From: Opitutales bacterium
Lineage (GTDB): Bacteria; Verrucomicrobiota; Verrucomicrobiia; Opitutales; JABSRG01
DNA length: 64,000 nucleotides
Assembly: GCA_049599475.1 (NCBI GenBank)
Contig: JBMYOQ010000005.1
Span: 32,001-96,000, forward strand
Direction of reading: 5' to 3'
Made by a program: the position numbers and the translations under genes. Below are positions 7,960 to 17,941 of the stretch, one piece after another. Position 1 is the first letter of the stretch. Each line of letters begins with the position of its first letter. The notes under the pieces are model-generated. The model saw nothing but the letters and a program-made list of their open reading frames with translations, was not told the origin of the DNA and searched no databases.

Positions 7960-10900
7960 TCACGTCCAGGCGCAGATAGAATCTAAATACTGGGCAGATC
8001 CATCTCTCAACCAACCGTCGAGTTGGGCTTGAGCTTTGAGCTGTTGTCCTCGGTTTCTGGGTACGGTGATGAAGCCGCACTCTGCGCCGGGGTAGGCAGT
8101 CATATCGCTCCAAAGTTTTTCGAATTGGCTGACTGGGTAAATGTCCTCCTGAGCGTGTCCCCAGCGTTTTTTGACCTCCTTTATGGTGATGTAAGTGGGC
8201 ATGCGGTTGGCGACTTTTCGGACACAGTCGGCGACCTTTGCCTCGTCGTCTAAATCGGAAACCGAAAGTTCGAAGAGTGCGAGTAGGCGCTCTATCGAAA
8301 TCCAGGTGGTCATCGAATTGTAGTAGGATAATTTATATTCCTCTTCCTCGCTGGGGAGGGAGAGTCCTTCGACGAGCCGAGGTTTGCCATTGATGCGGGC
8401 GAGCCCTCCGCCCCGGTCTTCATAGCGACGGGTGATTACCTCGAACGAAAAGTCCTTTTTGGATTCGATATGGACGCCCAAAAACGCCGGGTCGATACTG
8501 GCCCCCAATGTATCAATATTGTGGAGCATGAGATACTTGAGCTGCGGGCGCTCTTTCAGCATCGCGGCCAAGGTGCCATTGCGCAGAAGGTTTGGAATCT
8601 CATACCAGTGGCCTACGGGGTGCAGACACTGCATGGGGAGGTTGTCGCGGTAGTCGCTGCCTTCGCCGAGGCCGCGTGCCCAACCCGCGAGCGCGTCGCG
8701 AACGCTTTCTTTCATCTTCTGCGCGCGCTCATCGAGAATCTGCTCGGTGACCTCTTCCCAGGAGAAGCGCAAATCGCGCACCATGGGCACCATACGCAGG
8801 CCGATGTATTTACCTTTGGATACAAATAGACTGCCCGGATAGCCATATTGGTCCTCCTGTTCGAGGACGCTTTTGATGGGCTGGTGGGTGAGGTAGCTGC
8901 TGGTGATCACATGTAGCGGATATGCACCGAAGGTATCGCCGACTTTTTTACTCTTCGCCAAGTGAGTCTCGATGAAGGAGCGATGTTTGCCGCCCAATTT
9001 GCAGAATGGGTGTAAGCCTTTCACTACGCCTGCACCTTCGGTCCACCGGCTACCGACCCCTGCGGCTAGGGTGACCACGCCGACTTCGCCCTTGCGAATT
9101 GCGGATTCTCCGATGGTTTGTATCGATTTATCAATCACGCCAGTGCCATCGAAGGTGTCTTCAGGCTCAACATCTTCGATTGTGGTCGTGGTTGGGAAAC
9201 GGTTTTGCGCCAGGCCAATGCGGCCGTTTTGCAATTGTTGACGAATGGTGTCGTGCTGAATGGTGTCGAAGCCGTTCTCCACCAAAAGATCGTCGAGATT
9301 GCTTGTAGTTTTCTTGGCACTACAAGTATCCGGAAGGAGCTGTCTGAAAAAGTCCGGGATTGCTTGTTGGAATTGGGTGTCGCCTTCGCAGTGCCGGGTA
9401 AAGGTTTGTAGCTCGGCAACGCGCCCCGCAGTCATATTCTTGATGTCTGATCTTACCAATTCGGGTATCACTTGCTTGTAGTAGACTGGAGGTAATAAGG
9501 CTTTTTCTCCGCTGAGTAGGGTGCCGAAAGTGCCATTCGGGTTGATGGTAAATTCATAAACGACCGGATCCATCGCGAAGGGAAGGGATTGTTCCAGCTG
9601 GCCCTTGGTCTCGAGCATGATTTTGCGGATTTCGGGAAGCGCCTCACTTTTGATTGAAGGATCTACGAAGAATCCCATACCGCCGCCTGACATGCCGCCT
9701 AGCATGACGAAGCCCCAGTATTTATCTCCGAAACGTGCACTGATCTTCTGAATCAATTGCTCCGTGTAGTAGGTCGTGGCCCATGGGATAATACTCTGAA
9801 CGGGCTCAAAGAAATTCTGCGTGGTAAGCGCGGCTAAGCGTTTGATGTCGCCCGTCTTCAGGCAGTCCACGATGTTGTCGAAGAGCTCAATCGCTAGGGC
9901 GCGGCTCTCCCACTCCTTACCCGATCGCAGCAAATACTTTTCGGAAACCATCTCGAGAATGGGCCCTACGTTCTGGGCCATCCCTCCATGAACGAGGACC
10001 AGACTGTCTTGGAGGCCCTGAACGGTGTCAGCGCTGATATCTTCGTTGAGGACGCGGTGTCGTGGTAGGAGGCAGCCGCGACTGATGCCGTATTCTGGGT
10101 CGTTCTCGGTGGCGAGCTCTCCGCAGATAGTCTTGATGCCAGGCCAAACGCCGCCGGAGTCCTGCCAGCCACCGCCGGAACCTCCGAGCCATTCACCGAG
10201 GATCGCGCGGGCCGCTACGATGCGTCGTTCAGCTTCGTTGAGGGACCCCTCCAATTTGCTGGTTTGGCCCGTAGCGCGCATGCAGGCGGATATGAGGCAG
10301 GCCAACAGGTTCGTCGAGACCGCAAGGCGCGAGCCCTTGGGAATATCGCGGACGTGGCTGACGAGTTCGAAGCCTTTGCCGGGCCCGAGGAGTCGTTCCA
10401 AAAGACTTTCTAGAGATTGCCCGGAGCCTTCAATGCCAGGAGGGACGATGCCCGCTGCAATCACGGCGGCTTTGAGCAGTCCGAGGTAGTCTTTGCCGAA
10501 GCTGAAGAGATCCTCTAGGTTTGTGATCTCCGCTGAGGCCTTCAGGTCGAGGCTGATGAGTTGAATGACGGGTTTGTCGATGACTCGGAAAAAGCCTTGG
10601 ACGGGCGGCAGAGTCTCTTTGTCTCGACCCCACACGGCGAGGTCCACGGAGATGTTTAAAACACGCGCCGCTTCTGGTAAATCCATGCCCAGGAAGAAAA
10701 TATCGCTCCAACCGCTGTGGGTTAGATCCATGCGCACAGGTGTGGTCTCGTGGATGACTGGGTAGGGCGTGCTAGCGTTTGCCCGTTCCAAGAGCTCATT
10801 GCGTATTCTCAGCGGGTGGCTGCTCGGGTGCCCCATGCGGAACATCCACTGGTTGCCCTTTACTGATCGGACGCTGCGGCGTACTTGGTTTGCCAAATAC

Positions 10901-11277
10901 TGGAGGGCCAGATGATAGTAGGCGTAGGCGAGAGCGCTGGAAAGGGTGTCGTTGGAGCCTTCGGTATTTTGTTGTTCGAGTAGGACGTCGATTCCCTCCT
11001 CAAAACGCCGCTTTAGGATCCGCTCATTTGCCTCAAAGGAGAGCAATCCAGCTTGTTTAGAAGTGTAGTGCTTGGGCAGGTGAAAGCGGTGAATTGCGAA
11101 GAGAAAGAAGAGGGCGCGGACTTTCTCGTAGAGGTTCTCGCTCTTTCTGCGAAAGGCATCAAGCGCTTCGCATTCGCTTTGCAATTGCTCTGGAGAAAAT
11201 CCAGCAATGGCGTTTTCCAGGGGGATGTCTCGCTCTGATTTTTCGGGCGAGATGATCAAATGTATCAGACTGCTCAT
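7960..11277 (-). CDS. Fusion of GHMP sugar-kinase-like domain and UDP-sugar pyrophosphorylase (UDPGP family)
   Basis: Fucokinase/HddA-like GHMP motifs PVRMDLTHSGWSD, IPKGSRLAVS, GGGWQD, GGMSGGG. C-terminal UDPGP motifs LAAGVGSRW, HPVGHW, HNIDTLGA, QFEK. Confidence 0.8.
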   Translation of the reverse strand: MSSLIHLIISPEKSERDIPLENAIAGFSPEQLQSECEALDAFRRKSENLYEKVRALFFLFAIHRFHLPKHYTSKQAGLLSFEANERILKRRFEEGIDVLLEQQNTEGSNDTLSSALAYAYYHLALQYLANQVRRSVRSVKGNQWMFRMGHPSSHPLRIRNELLERANASTPYPVIHETTPVRMDLTHSGWSDIFFLGMDLPEAARVLNISVDLAVWGRDKETLPPVQGFFRVIDKPVIQLISLDLKASAEITNLEDLFSFGKDYLGLLKAAVIAAGIVPPGIEGSGQSLESLLERLLGPGKGFELVSHVRDIPKGSRLAVSTNLLACLISACMRATGQTSKLEGSLNEAERRIVAARAILGEWLGGSGGGWQDSGGVWPGIKTICGELATENDPEYGISRGCLLPRHRVLNEDISADTVQGLQDSLVLVHGGMAQNVGPILEMVSEKYLLRSGKEWESRALAIELFDNIVDCLKTGDIKRLAALTTQNFFEPVQSIIPWATTYYTEQLIQKISARFGDKYWGFVMLGGMSGGGMGFFVDPSIKSEALPEIRKIMLETKGQLEQSLPFAMDPVVYEFTINPNGTFGTLLSGEKALLPPVYYKQVIPELVRSDIKNMTAGRVAELQTFTRHCEGDTQFQQAIPDFFRQLLPDTCSAKKTTSNLDDLLVENGFDTIQHDTIRQQLQNGRIGLAQNRFPTTTTIEDVEPEDTFDGTGVIDKSIQTIGESAIRKGEVGVVTLAAGVGSRWTEGAGVVKGLHPFCKLGGKHRSFIETHLAKSKKVGDTFGAYPLHVITSSYLTHQPIKSVLEQEDQYGYPGSLFVSKGKYIGLRMVPMVRDLRFSWEEVTEQILDERAQKMKESVRDALAGWARGLGEGSDYRDNLPMQCLHPVGHWYEIPNLLRNGTLAAMLKERPQLKYLMLHNIDTLGASIDPAFLGVHIESKKDFSFEVITRRYEDRGGGLARINGKPRLVEGLSLPSEEEEYKLSYYNSMTTWISIERLLALFELSVSDLDDEAKVADCVRKVANRMPTYITIKEVKKRWGHAQEDIYPVSQFEKLWSDMTAYPGAECGFITVPRNRGQQLKAQAQLDGWLRDGSAQYLDSICAWT

Positions 11278-11287
11278 GGCGCCGGAT

Positions 11288-12139
11288 CTAAGCTTTTTTT
11301 GCTGATTGAGACTCTGCTAAGAGCTCCACGAGCTGGGTGAGAATCTCCTCACGATGCCGGCCATCAAGTGCGAGGGCCATCTGGGCTGTAAGCATCCCGT
11401 AGCGCTGCTCTAGATCGTAGCGTCGACCTTGGATGACTGAGGCTAGGTATTGATCCTGGTTTTTGAGAAGGTTCAGGGCGTCTGTGAGGTTTGGCCGAGC
11501 GTTGGGCTCCTTAAGCAAATCTTCGAGAACGGTGAATATGCGAGGCATCAGAATATGCATTCCAAAGAAACACAGGTAGTGGCCAGTACGGAGTCCGGGG
11601 ACCAATAGCTCTTGCTCAGCCAGGGTCGGTGTGGGCTTTTCCAGGATATTATTCACCTCATAGAGGCCTTTCCCGTTTGAAGAAAGGGTGCCGCTGACTG
11701 CTCCAAAATCTGCCAAACTGCGTTCGTGTGTTGGCTGCACAGCGGACACGCTGCAACCGAGCTGGGTGGCGGTTTCTACTAATTGTTTCGCACAGCTAAC
11801 ATCGGTATCGCTCACATACAGATGGTCGCTTACCATCAGAAGAAAGGGCGTATCCTCAACGAACTCGCGAGCACATTGCACCGCGTGTGCGTAGCCGAGG
11901 GGTTCCTCCTGGGTGATGAAATGGAGGTTGGCATTCTGAACATCGACAGACTGCTCAAACAACTCTTGGTCCCCAGGTGCAATGACGATGCCTACATCCT
12001 GGATGCCGGTAGAGGTGATTTCCTCTACCAGGAGATTAAGTGCCGAGCGAGGGAAGCCTTCGCGATCGACAAGAGTTTGGAGGGGCAGGTGTCTTTGATT
12101 TCTACCTGCCGCAGTAATAACAGCCTTAGAGAGATTCAT
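11288..12139 (-). CDS. GalU/GalF-like sugar-phosphate nucleotidyltransferase
   Basis: KAVITAAG, QEEPLGYAHAV, ILEKP and LTDAL motifs. Lies 10 bp upstream of the fusion gene (operon). Confidence 0.8.
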   Translation of the reverse strand: MNLSKAVITAAGRNQRHLPLQTLVDREGFPRSALNLLVEEITSTGIQDVGIVIAPGDQELFEQSVDVQNANLHFITQEEPLGYAHAVQCAREFVEDTPFLLMVSDHLYVSDTDVSCAKQLVETATQLGCSVSAVQPTHERSLADFGAVSGTLSSNGKGLYEVNNILEKPTPTLAEQELLVPGLRTGHYLCFFGMHILMPRIFTVLEDLLKEPNARPNLTDALNLLKNQDQYLASVIQGRRYDLEQRYGMLTAQMALALDGRHREEILTQLVELLAESQSAKKA

Positions 12140-12292
12140 GAGAGAGGGATTTGGCTCCAGTTAAATGAAACTTGTGTGGAGATAAATGTGTCTTGAGGGA
12201 TATTGGTCCAAGGTTCAATATCTTACACGAATCTCGTGGGATTTCGGGGTAGTGGAATTTCAATGAAACGGTTCTCTGAGACTTGCAGATGT

Positions 12293-14188
12293 TTAGAAAT
12301 CTGTGCCGTTCTTGAGCTTGAGGAGAGCCATCGATTTTTTAGGATTCAGCAGGTTGCGGCGTCCATCTTCACTTGTGTCTGCTCCGAGGGTTATCAGAGA
12401 TATAATCTCTTCGGGCGAAAGCGTCGGGTCGATGGCGAGGAGTTTTGCTGCCAGATTAGTCACGTTTGGAGCACTCATCGATGTACCCGAAAATTTCTGA
12501 CGTTTCCCTCCAGGAAGATAGCTGTCGACTTCGAAACCGTTGGCGTGGACGCGCACATTATCTCCATAGCTAGTAAATGAAGTTTCATCCCCGGCTTGAT
12601 CCACAGCCCCTGCTACGAGCACATTGCTCAGAGCGATGCTAGAGGGTAAGACTTTGTTGAATTCGATATTTTCGTCGCTGTTGCCCGCAGCGGGTATGAA
12701 CAGGATACCTGGGCAAGAGGCCATAGCATCGACCAATGCATCATAGAAAATATCGAAGTGAACACGGGCTATCTCAGCGCGCATCTCAGCATCGTCGCCG
12801 ATCCCGTTGGCTTCCAAGGCTCTTTCAAATCCCGCTTGGCTTCCACCCCAACTCATGTTTACGACGCGCACATTGTTTTCGCGGAGATATTGAGCTACTT
12901 GTTGAGATGATTTTACGCCGCGAAGGGTGTTCACGAGCTGAGGAGCATCTGGAATGATTTTGTGGTCAAAAGTAATGCGCACAGACATGAGCTGGATTGC
13001 GGGGTTGCCCTCCGCGGCAATTCCCGCGACGTGGGTCCCGTGTGTATAATTACCAAAATAACCGAGATCCAGGAGGAAGGGTTCGACAGCTTCAGGAGTT
13101 AAGGAAGCCATGTACTGTTTGAATTCTGTAGCCTCGTCGCTATCGATCGAGGAACGCACGTCCATCATCCCTTTGGCTAAGGACATCAGCGCATCGTAAC
13201 GGGCTGCTATATCCTCAGGGAGTTCAAATAGGTCTCCCTGGGTTTTGAAGCTCTTGAGGTCGTGAGCAATCCCATGCATGTCATCAACCCAGCCATTTTG
13301 ATCATTGTCGATACCATCTCCAGGGATCTCGTCTTCGTTGGTCCACAGCTGGTTTAGGGGCGCGAAAATCTCAGTATCCACGCCGCTATCCCAAATGGCG
13401 ACCACGACCGCGTTCAACCCATCTTCATCGCTTAAATCAACGGAACGCTCAGCCCAAATGTCTTCCTTTTCGATGCGGTTGTTATCGATATATTCGGAAA
13501 GCACGTCGACCATCGCTACTTTATTCGGAATAATGTAGTCGATCATCATGCGGAAGCGTATGAGCGCACTGGCGATCCCGAAATCAATCTGTCCGGATTC
13601 CTGAGCACCTGGGTCCATCGAGGACTGCACAATCCCCATTAAATAATTTCCACTGATCATCTCCATCGATCCCTTGCTGGCCTCGATAACATCTTGCACG
13701 GTATCCCATGGCAGTCCGGCAATTTTACTGGTGTAGTCCGCTTTGAATGCATCTGTAAAGGCCTCATCGCCCACGGAGTGGCCTGCAATCAATGTATTCA
13801 AAATAGCATCCGTCGATAAGCCGCTGGTCAGCCTTTCCGCCGGTTTTTCCTGCATCTCGCGGACTTCTTTGTTGAGCTTCACCGCGTTCTCCCAGTCGCC
13901 TTTGAGCATAGCAATTGTCCTCAAGGTGCCCATGTAGGCACGCACCGTTCCTTGGTCCGAGATTTCGTATTTAGATAAAATATCTTCAAGGTCTGCTTCG
14001 ATTTCAGTAGCCAGAGCCAGCACTTGCTCGGGATCTGCGACGATGGCTGAGGGCAAGCTCTCGGCTTCATAGCTGATCCGGGGAAGTTCATCCATCGATG
14101 AAACTTTTATTTTCTCTGCATAGGCAGATAGTGCCGCGGCAGATGTAATTAAAATAGCGGTGAGGTATTGTTTAATGCTAGATGTCAT
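12293..14188 (-). CDS. Secreted S8 (subtilisin-like) serine peptidase with long helical N-terminal region
   Basis: Triad motifs AIWDSG, HGTHVAG, SGTSMSAP and oxyanion AAGN. A signal peptide follows the likely start ATG 14188 (MTSSIKQYLTAILITSAAALSAYA). Confidence 0.92.
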   Translation of the reverse strand: MTSSIKQYLTAILITSAAALSAYAEKIKVSSMDELPRISYEAESLPSAIVADPEQVLALATEIEADLEDILSKYEISDQGTVRAYMGTLRTIAMLKGDWENAVKLNKEVREMQEKPAERLTSGLSTDAILNTLIAGHSVGDEAFTDAFKADYTSKIAGLPWDTVQDVIEASKGSMEMISGNYLMGIVQSSMDPGAQESGQIDFGIASALIRFRMMIDYIIPNKVAMVDVLSEYIDNNRIEKEDIWAERSVDLSDEDGLNAVVVAIWDSGVDTEIFAPLNQLWTNEDEIPGDGIDNDQNGWVDDMHGIAHDLKSFKTQGDLFELPEDIAARYDALMSLAKGMMDVRSSIDSDEATEFKQYMASLTPEAVEPFLLDLGYFGNYTHGTHVAGIAAEGNPAIQLMSVRITFDHKIIPDAPQLVNTLRGVKSSQQVAQYLRENNVRVVNMSWGGSQAGFERALEANGIGDDAEMRAEIARVHFDIFYDALVDAMASCPGILFIPAAGNSDENIEFNKVLPSSIALSNVLVAGAVDQAGDETSFTSYGDNVRVHANGFEVDSYLPGGKRQKFSGTSMSAPNVTNLAAKLLAIDPTLSPEEIISLITLGADTSEDGRRNLLNPKKSMALLKLKNGTDF

Positions 14189-14554
14189 GGTTTGAAGAAA
14201 CGAATTAGGCTGCTTTTGTAGCATAAATAGACCCAATTTTTTGAGTGTAGATCCGTGCGTTGTAATGCTTTTCTAAAATGGCAATTGTCATGAAAAAACT
14301 ATGTATTGCAACGCACTCACCGTGTTACACTTATTTGATCAATATTTTCGGGATTCGGTATTAGGGGAAAGCTTGCGAAAAAGGTCTGCCCAGCCCGGGG
14401 GGCGGGTGGGTTTCGTCGTAATGTAACGAATAGGTGCGAATGTAGTCAAAAGAGGGGTCCAATGGAAGGGGGATTCGATTGAAGGGTCCATTCCGCGATG
14501 AGGGGTGTGACGAATGATCTTTCGATTTCGTGAAATCTGGCTTCACTGTCTGAG

Positions 14555-14904
14555 ATGACTATTGAAAGACAGGAAATAAAACAGCGGATGAGCCGCATTG
14601 TGATACACCAAGGCACCGTCTATTTGTGCGGGCAGGTGTGTGCGGATGCTACGAAAGGTATCGCTGAACAAACGCAGACTATGCTCGATAAAGTGGATAC
14701 CTTACTCGAGCAAGCTGGCTCAGACCGTGAGCATATGCTGTCTGCGACTGTCTATCTGCGCGATATGAAAGATTTTGCGGCGATGAACGCCGTCTGGGAT
14801 GCATGGGTGCCCGAAGGGCATGCACCCGCGCGCGCCTGCGTGGAGGCCCGAATGGCGCGCCCAGAGCTCCTCGTAGGGTGTCTGTAATCGCCGCACTCAA
14901 GTAA
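14555..14904 (+). pseudogene. RidA/YjgF (YoaB-like) protein with apparent 1-bp deletion near the 3' end
   Basis: RidA motifs [22 protein letters not shown]. The ORF ends LLVGCL* at 14887. Restoring one A at 14876/14877 gives the canonical [12 protein letters not shown] ending at 14904. Confidence 0.75.
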
Positions 14905-14942
14905 GGCGCGGTAATCGGATTCGACTCTATGAGCGTTTAGGC

Positions 14943-16394
14943 CTAGGTGCCGCAGAAGGTTTCGGTGACGCGTTCCTCGGGTTTCGCGGCGGCTTCTAGG
15001 TCGGTGTATTCGGGGCGATCTGCGAAGGGTTGGGCGAGGGCTTCTATGAGCCTGTGGAAGGGGGCGAAGTCTCCTGAATAGCCCGCGCGGATTGCGCGTT
15101 CGACTTGGTGGTTGCGTGGAATCAGGACTGGGTTTGCCGCTTGCATCTGAGGGAGATTTGACTCCGCTTGTGCGAGGGCTGACCAGCCTTCCAACCATTT
15201 GCGCGCCTCGGATGCGTTGTCCCATAGCTCGACTAGTTCAGTGGAATCTTCGCCAGTCGCTACGCGCGTAAGATGGCGGAAAAACAGAGTATAATCGACA
15301 TTGTGCCGCGCGAGCTTCTCAAGTGTGTTTTTGATGAACGAGGTGGTCTGTGCGTCGTCGCGCGCGAGGCCTAGTTTTTGCGAAAAGGTGTCGAGATACG
15401 CGCTGTGGAAGGCTGGCGAGAAGCTTTCCAATGCTTTCTCGGCTAGGGGTATCGCTGTATCGAGATCGTCATCGATTAAGGGGAGTAAGGTCTCAGCAAA
15501 GCGCGTGAGATTCCAATGAGCAATTTGAGGCTGATTGCCCCAGGCGTATCGACCTTGTTGATCGATAGAAGAATAGACGCATTGTGGGTGGAATTGCTCC
15601 ATGAAGGCGCAGGGGCCATAATCGATCGTTTCACCCGAGACTGCACAGTTGTCGGTATTCATCACACCGTGGATAAATCCGAGCCCTAGCCATTTGCTGA
15701 CAAGTCGAGTCTGCGCCATGATTACCGCGTTTAGCAAGGCGATGTAGGGGGACTCTTGGTCTGCGGCTTCTGGATAGTGGCGATCGATCGTATAGTCGGC
15801 GAGGGAGCGTAGAGATTCATAATCCTCACGTGCCGCAAAGTATTGGAAAGTCCCCACGCGGATGTGGCTGCTCGCGACCCGCGTAAATACGCCCCCGGCT
15901 TCCATCTCTCCTCGAAAGACTTCTTCTCCGGAAGTCACTGCAGCGAGGGCGCGCGTGGTTGGGACGCCGAGAGCGTGCATCGCCTCACTCACAATATATT
16001 CTCTTAGCACAGGACCCAGAGCCGAACGGCCGTCGCCACGTCGAGACCAATGAGTCGGTCCGCTGCCTTTGAGCTGGATATCGTAGCGCTTACCCGACTT
16101 TGCCACGACTTCACCGAGCAAAATAGCCCGACCGTCGCCCAGCTGAGGGACAAAGTTTCCAAATTGATGTCCGGCATACGCCTGAGAAATAGGCTTGGCC
16201 CCCTCGGGCACCTCATTGCCAGCTATAACCGCGATGCCCTCAGCCGACTCCAACCATTGCGGATCGATACCCAATTCGTTGGCCAGTGCGTGATTTACCC
16301 GGATCAGTCCAGGGGCCCGAACCGCTGCGGGAGTCGGGTTCGAATAAAATTTTTCAGGTAGCTTAGCGTAGGTGTTGTCGAAGGGAATAGACAT
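14943..16394 (-). CDS. selO: Protein adenylyltransferase SelO/YdiU
   Basis: YAGHQFG..QLGDGRA, QLKGSGPT..SRRGDGR, HGVMNTDN, IDYGPC, C-terminal TFCGT. Confidence 0.95.
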   Translation of the reverse strand: MSIPFDNTYAKLPEKFYSNPTPAAVRAPGLIRVNHALANELGIDPQWLESAEGIAVIAGNEVPEGAKPISQAYAGHQFGNFVPQLGDGRAILLGEVVAKSGKRYDIQLKGSGPTHWSRRGDGRSALGPVLREYIVSEAMHALGVPTTRALAAVTSGEEVFRGEMEAGGVFTRVASSHIRVGTFQYFAAREDYESLRSLADYTIDRHYPEAADQESPYIALLNAVIMAQTRLVSKWLGLGFIHGVMNTDNCAVSGETIDYGPCAFMEQFHPQCVYSSIDQQGRYAWGNQPQIAHWNLTRFAETLLPLIDDDLDTAIPLAEKALESFSPAFHSAYLDTFSQKLGLARDDAQTTSFIKNTLEKLARHNVDYTLFFRHLTRVATGEDSTELVELWDNASEARKWLEGWSALAQAESNLPQMQAANPVLIPRNHQVERAIRAGYSGDFAPFHRLIEALAQPFADRPEYTDLEAAAKPEERVTETFCGT

Positions 16395-16485
16395 TCAACT
16401 GAAAACTATAACACCCATTTCGAAAAAAGCGAATAGGAGATTGTCCAGAATAGGCGCTACGGTGCGTGATTGAGTTTTTATAAAT

Positions 16486-16503
16486 TGGAAACTTAAGTTT
16501 CCA
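16486..16503. promoter_or_regulatory. Perfect 18-bp palindrome upstream of selO, candidate operator
   Basis: TGGAAACTT|AAGTTTCCA in AT-rich intergenic DNA ~90 bp upstream of the selO ATG. Confidence 0.4.
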
Positions 16504-16695
16504 TTAATAGTTTAATCTACGAAAGAATGAGATTAACGAGGCATTTGGGGCAGTTCTCGAGGGAGTCGGTCGTTTCGAAGAATACGCGAGAAAAGCAAAG
16601 CTGGGATCGGGCCGCCTTCTCGTCACAAAGCAGCGTCTCGCCGAGATTCGAAGGCGATTTGGGTGAAACGGTCGCGGACCTTATGCGAAGCGAAT

Positions 16696-17694
16696 TCAAT
16701 CGCTTAGCTCTTCACCGCGGAGCATTTTTTTAAATTCATCTAAAGGCGCTTTGGACATATCTCGGAACTCGATGAAGTCTACGTGCTGTTCGGGGTGTCT
16801 GGAGTCGAAGGCTATGCCCCAGAGGGGGGCGATAGAATTGGGGAGCATGGAGTAGCGTATGTCTCCTAGAAGAGTCTTTGATTCCATGGGCAACTCGTAG
16901 AGATATTTTTGGGAGAAATGGTCGAAGCGGGCGATGTCTTTGGCCAATCGAGTGCCGGGTTCGGCGTAGGTTGTGAGATCGGGGGAATCGACGCGCGTGC
17001 CTTCGTAGATTTTGGCTTCTTTGAATGGCGTAATGTTTACGGCATCTACAGTGTAGGTCCCTTCGCTGTAGACGATGATGCGCCAGAGGAGAACGTTGGC
17101 TATTGAGGGACGCGCGGTAAGCCTATCAATTGTCAGACCCCGGGATTGCGCGAGCTCGGCGGCGTAGCTTTCGGCGCGCTCTCTTTGAATGTAACCAAAA
17201 GATAAATACATGATGGCCCAGAGGAAGCTGAAGCGAGCCAGTATTCTTTTTTGTATGATGAGTGCTCCAAGGATACCTAGAGTAAGCGGAAGGGTAAATA
17301 TGGGATCTATAATCGAGATGATATCCCAGGATTCCCTGTAATTTGAGAAGGGTAGGTAGAGCTGAGTCCCGTAGCTGGTACAGGCATCTAATATTCCGTG
17401 GGACAGTGTGGCTAGGATGGCTGGCAGTAAAATGTCGCGTAGTTCCCACTTGAATATTCCACGGAAAAGCAGTGCGACCAAACCGCCGATGAAGGGTGCG
17501 AAAAAGAGCGCGTGGGTCACATTTCTGTGGAATTCCAAATTAAGCAATGGGTCTTCTTCAGATCGAATGAGAACATCCAAGTCGGGCACCGCGCCGGCCA
17601 CCAGCCCCACGCACAAGGCTTGCCGCACCCTGTCTTTGGGGGCCGCGAGAGCCGCTGCTGCAGCGCCGAAAGTAGCTTGTGAAAGGGGGTCCAT
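16696..17694 (-). CDS. Inner-membrane metal-dependent hydrolase (YdjM/DUF457-like)
   Basis: MDPLSQ, PDLD, HRNVTH, SHGILDACTSYGT and IIDP motifs with TM segments. Confidence 0.85.
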   Translation of the reverse strand: MDPLSQATFGAAAAALAAPKDRVRQALCVGLVAGAVPDLDVLIRSEEDPLLNLEFHRNVTHALFFAPFIGGLVALLFRGIFKWELRDILLPAILATLSHGILDACTSYGTQLYLPFSNYRESWDIISIIDPIFTLPLTLGILGALIIQKRILARFSFLWAIMYLSFGYIQRERAESYAAELAQSRGLTIDRLTARPSIANVLLWRIIVYSEGTYTVDAVNITPFKEAKIYEGTRVDSPDLTTYAEPGTRLAKDIARFDHFSQKYLYELPMESKTLLGDIRYSMLPNSIAPLWGIAFDSRHPEQHVDFIEFRDMSKAPLDEFKKMLRGEELSD

Positions 17695-17800
17695 TTATCA
17701 GAAATTCTTACCGTGTTGTCAGGGTAGTCTGGCTAACTCCCTTACAAGTGCAAATCGTAGCCGTTTGAAGAGGCTAGGGATAGCCTTGGGGCATGCAGTT

Positions 17801-17900
17801 TTAGTAACTGAAGTCTGAATGCTGTTCCAAGAAATCCGTATTCTCCGTAACAGCGATGGGAGGCCCAATGGGGTCTTCGTAAATGCTTCAAAGCGCACGG
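17801..17900 (-). pseudogene. Decayed 3' remnant of a paralog of the 18821-20905 gene
   Basis: Minus-strand translation YEDPIGPPIAVTENTDFLEQHSDFSY* aligns with the 18821 gene C-terminus QQPIEPPFADPENTDFFLQYSDFSY*. The stops are 1020 bp apart, and a 1-nt frameshift and stop lie just upstream. Confidence 0.75.
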
Positions 17901-17941
17901 ATGATACTGAGATAACGCAATTGCCATTCGAAGGTATACGC

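Noticed and set aside
14943..14960. Selenocysteine at the SelO C-terminus
   Set aside because: The gene ends TTC TGC GGC ACC TAG, with Cys and no in-frame TGA.
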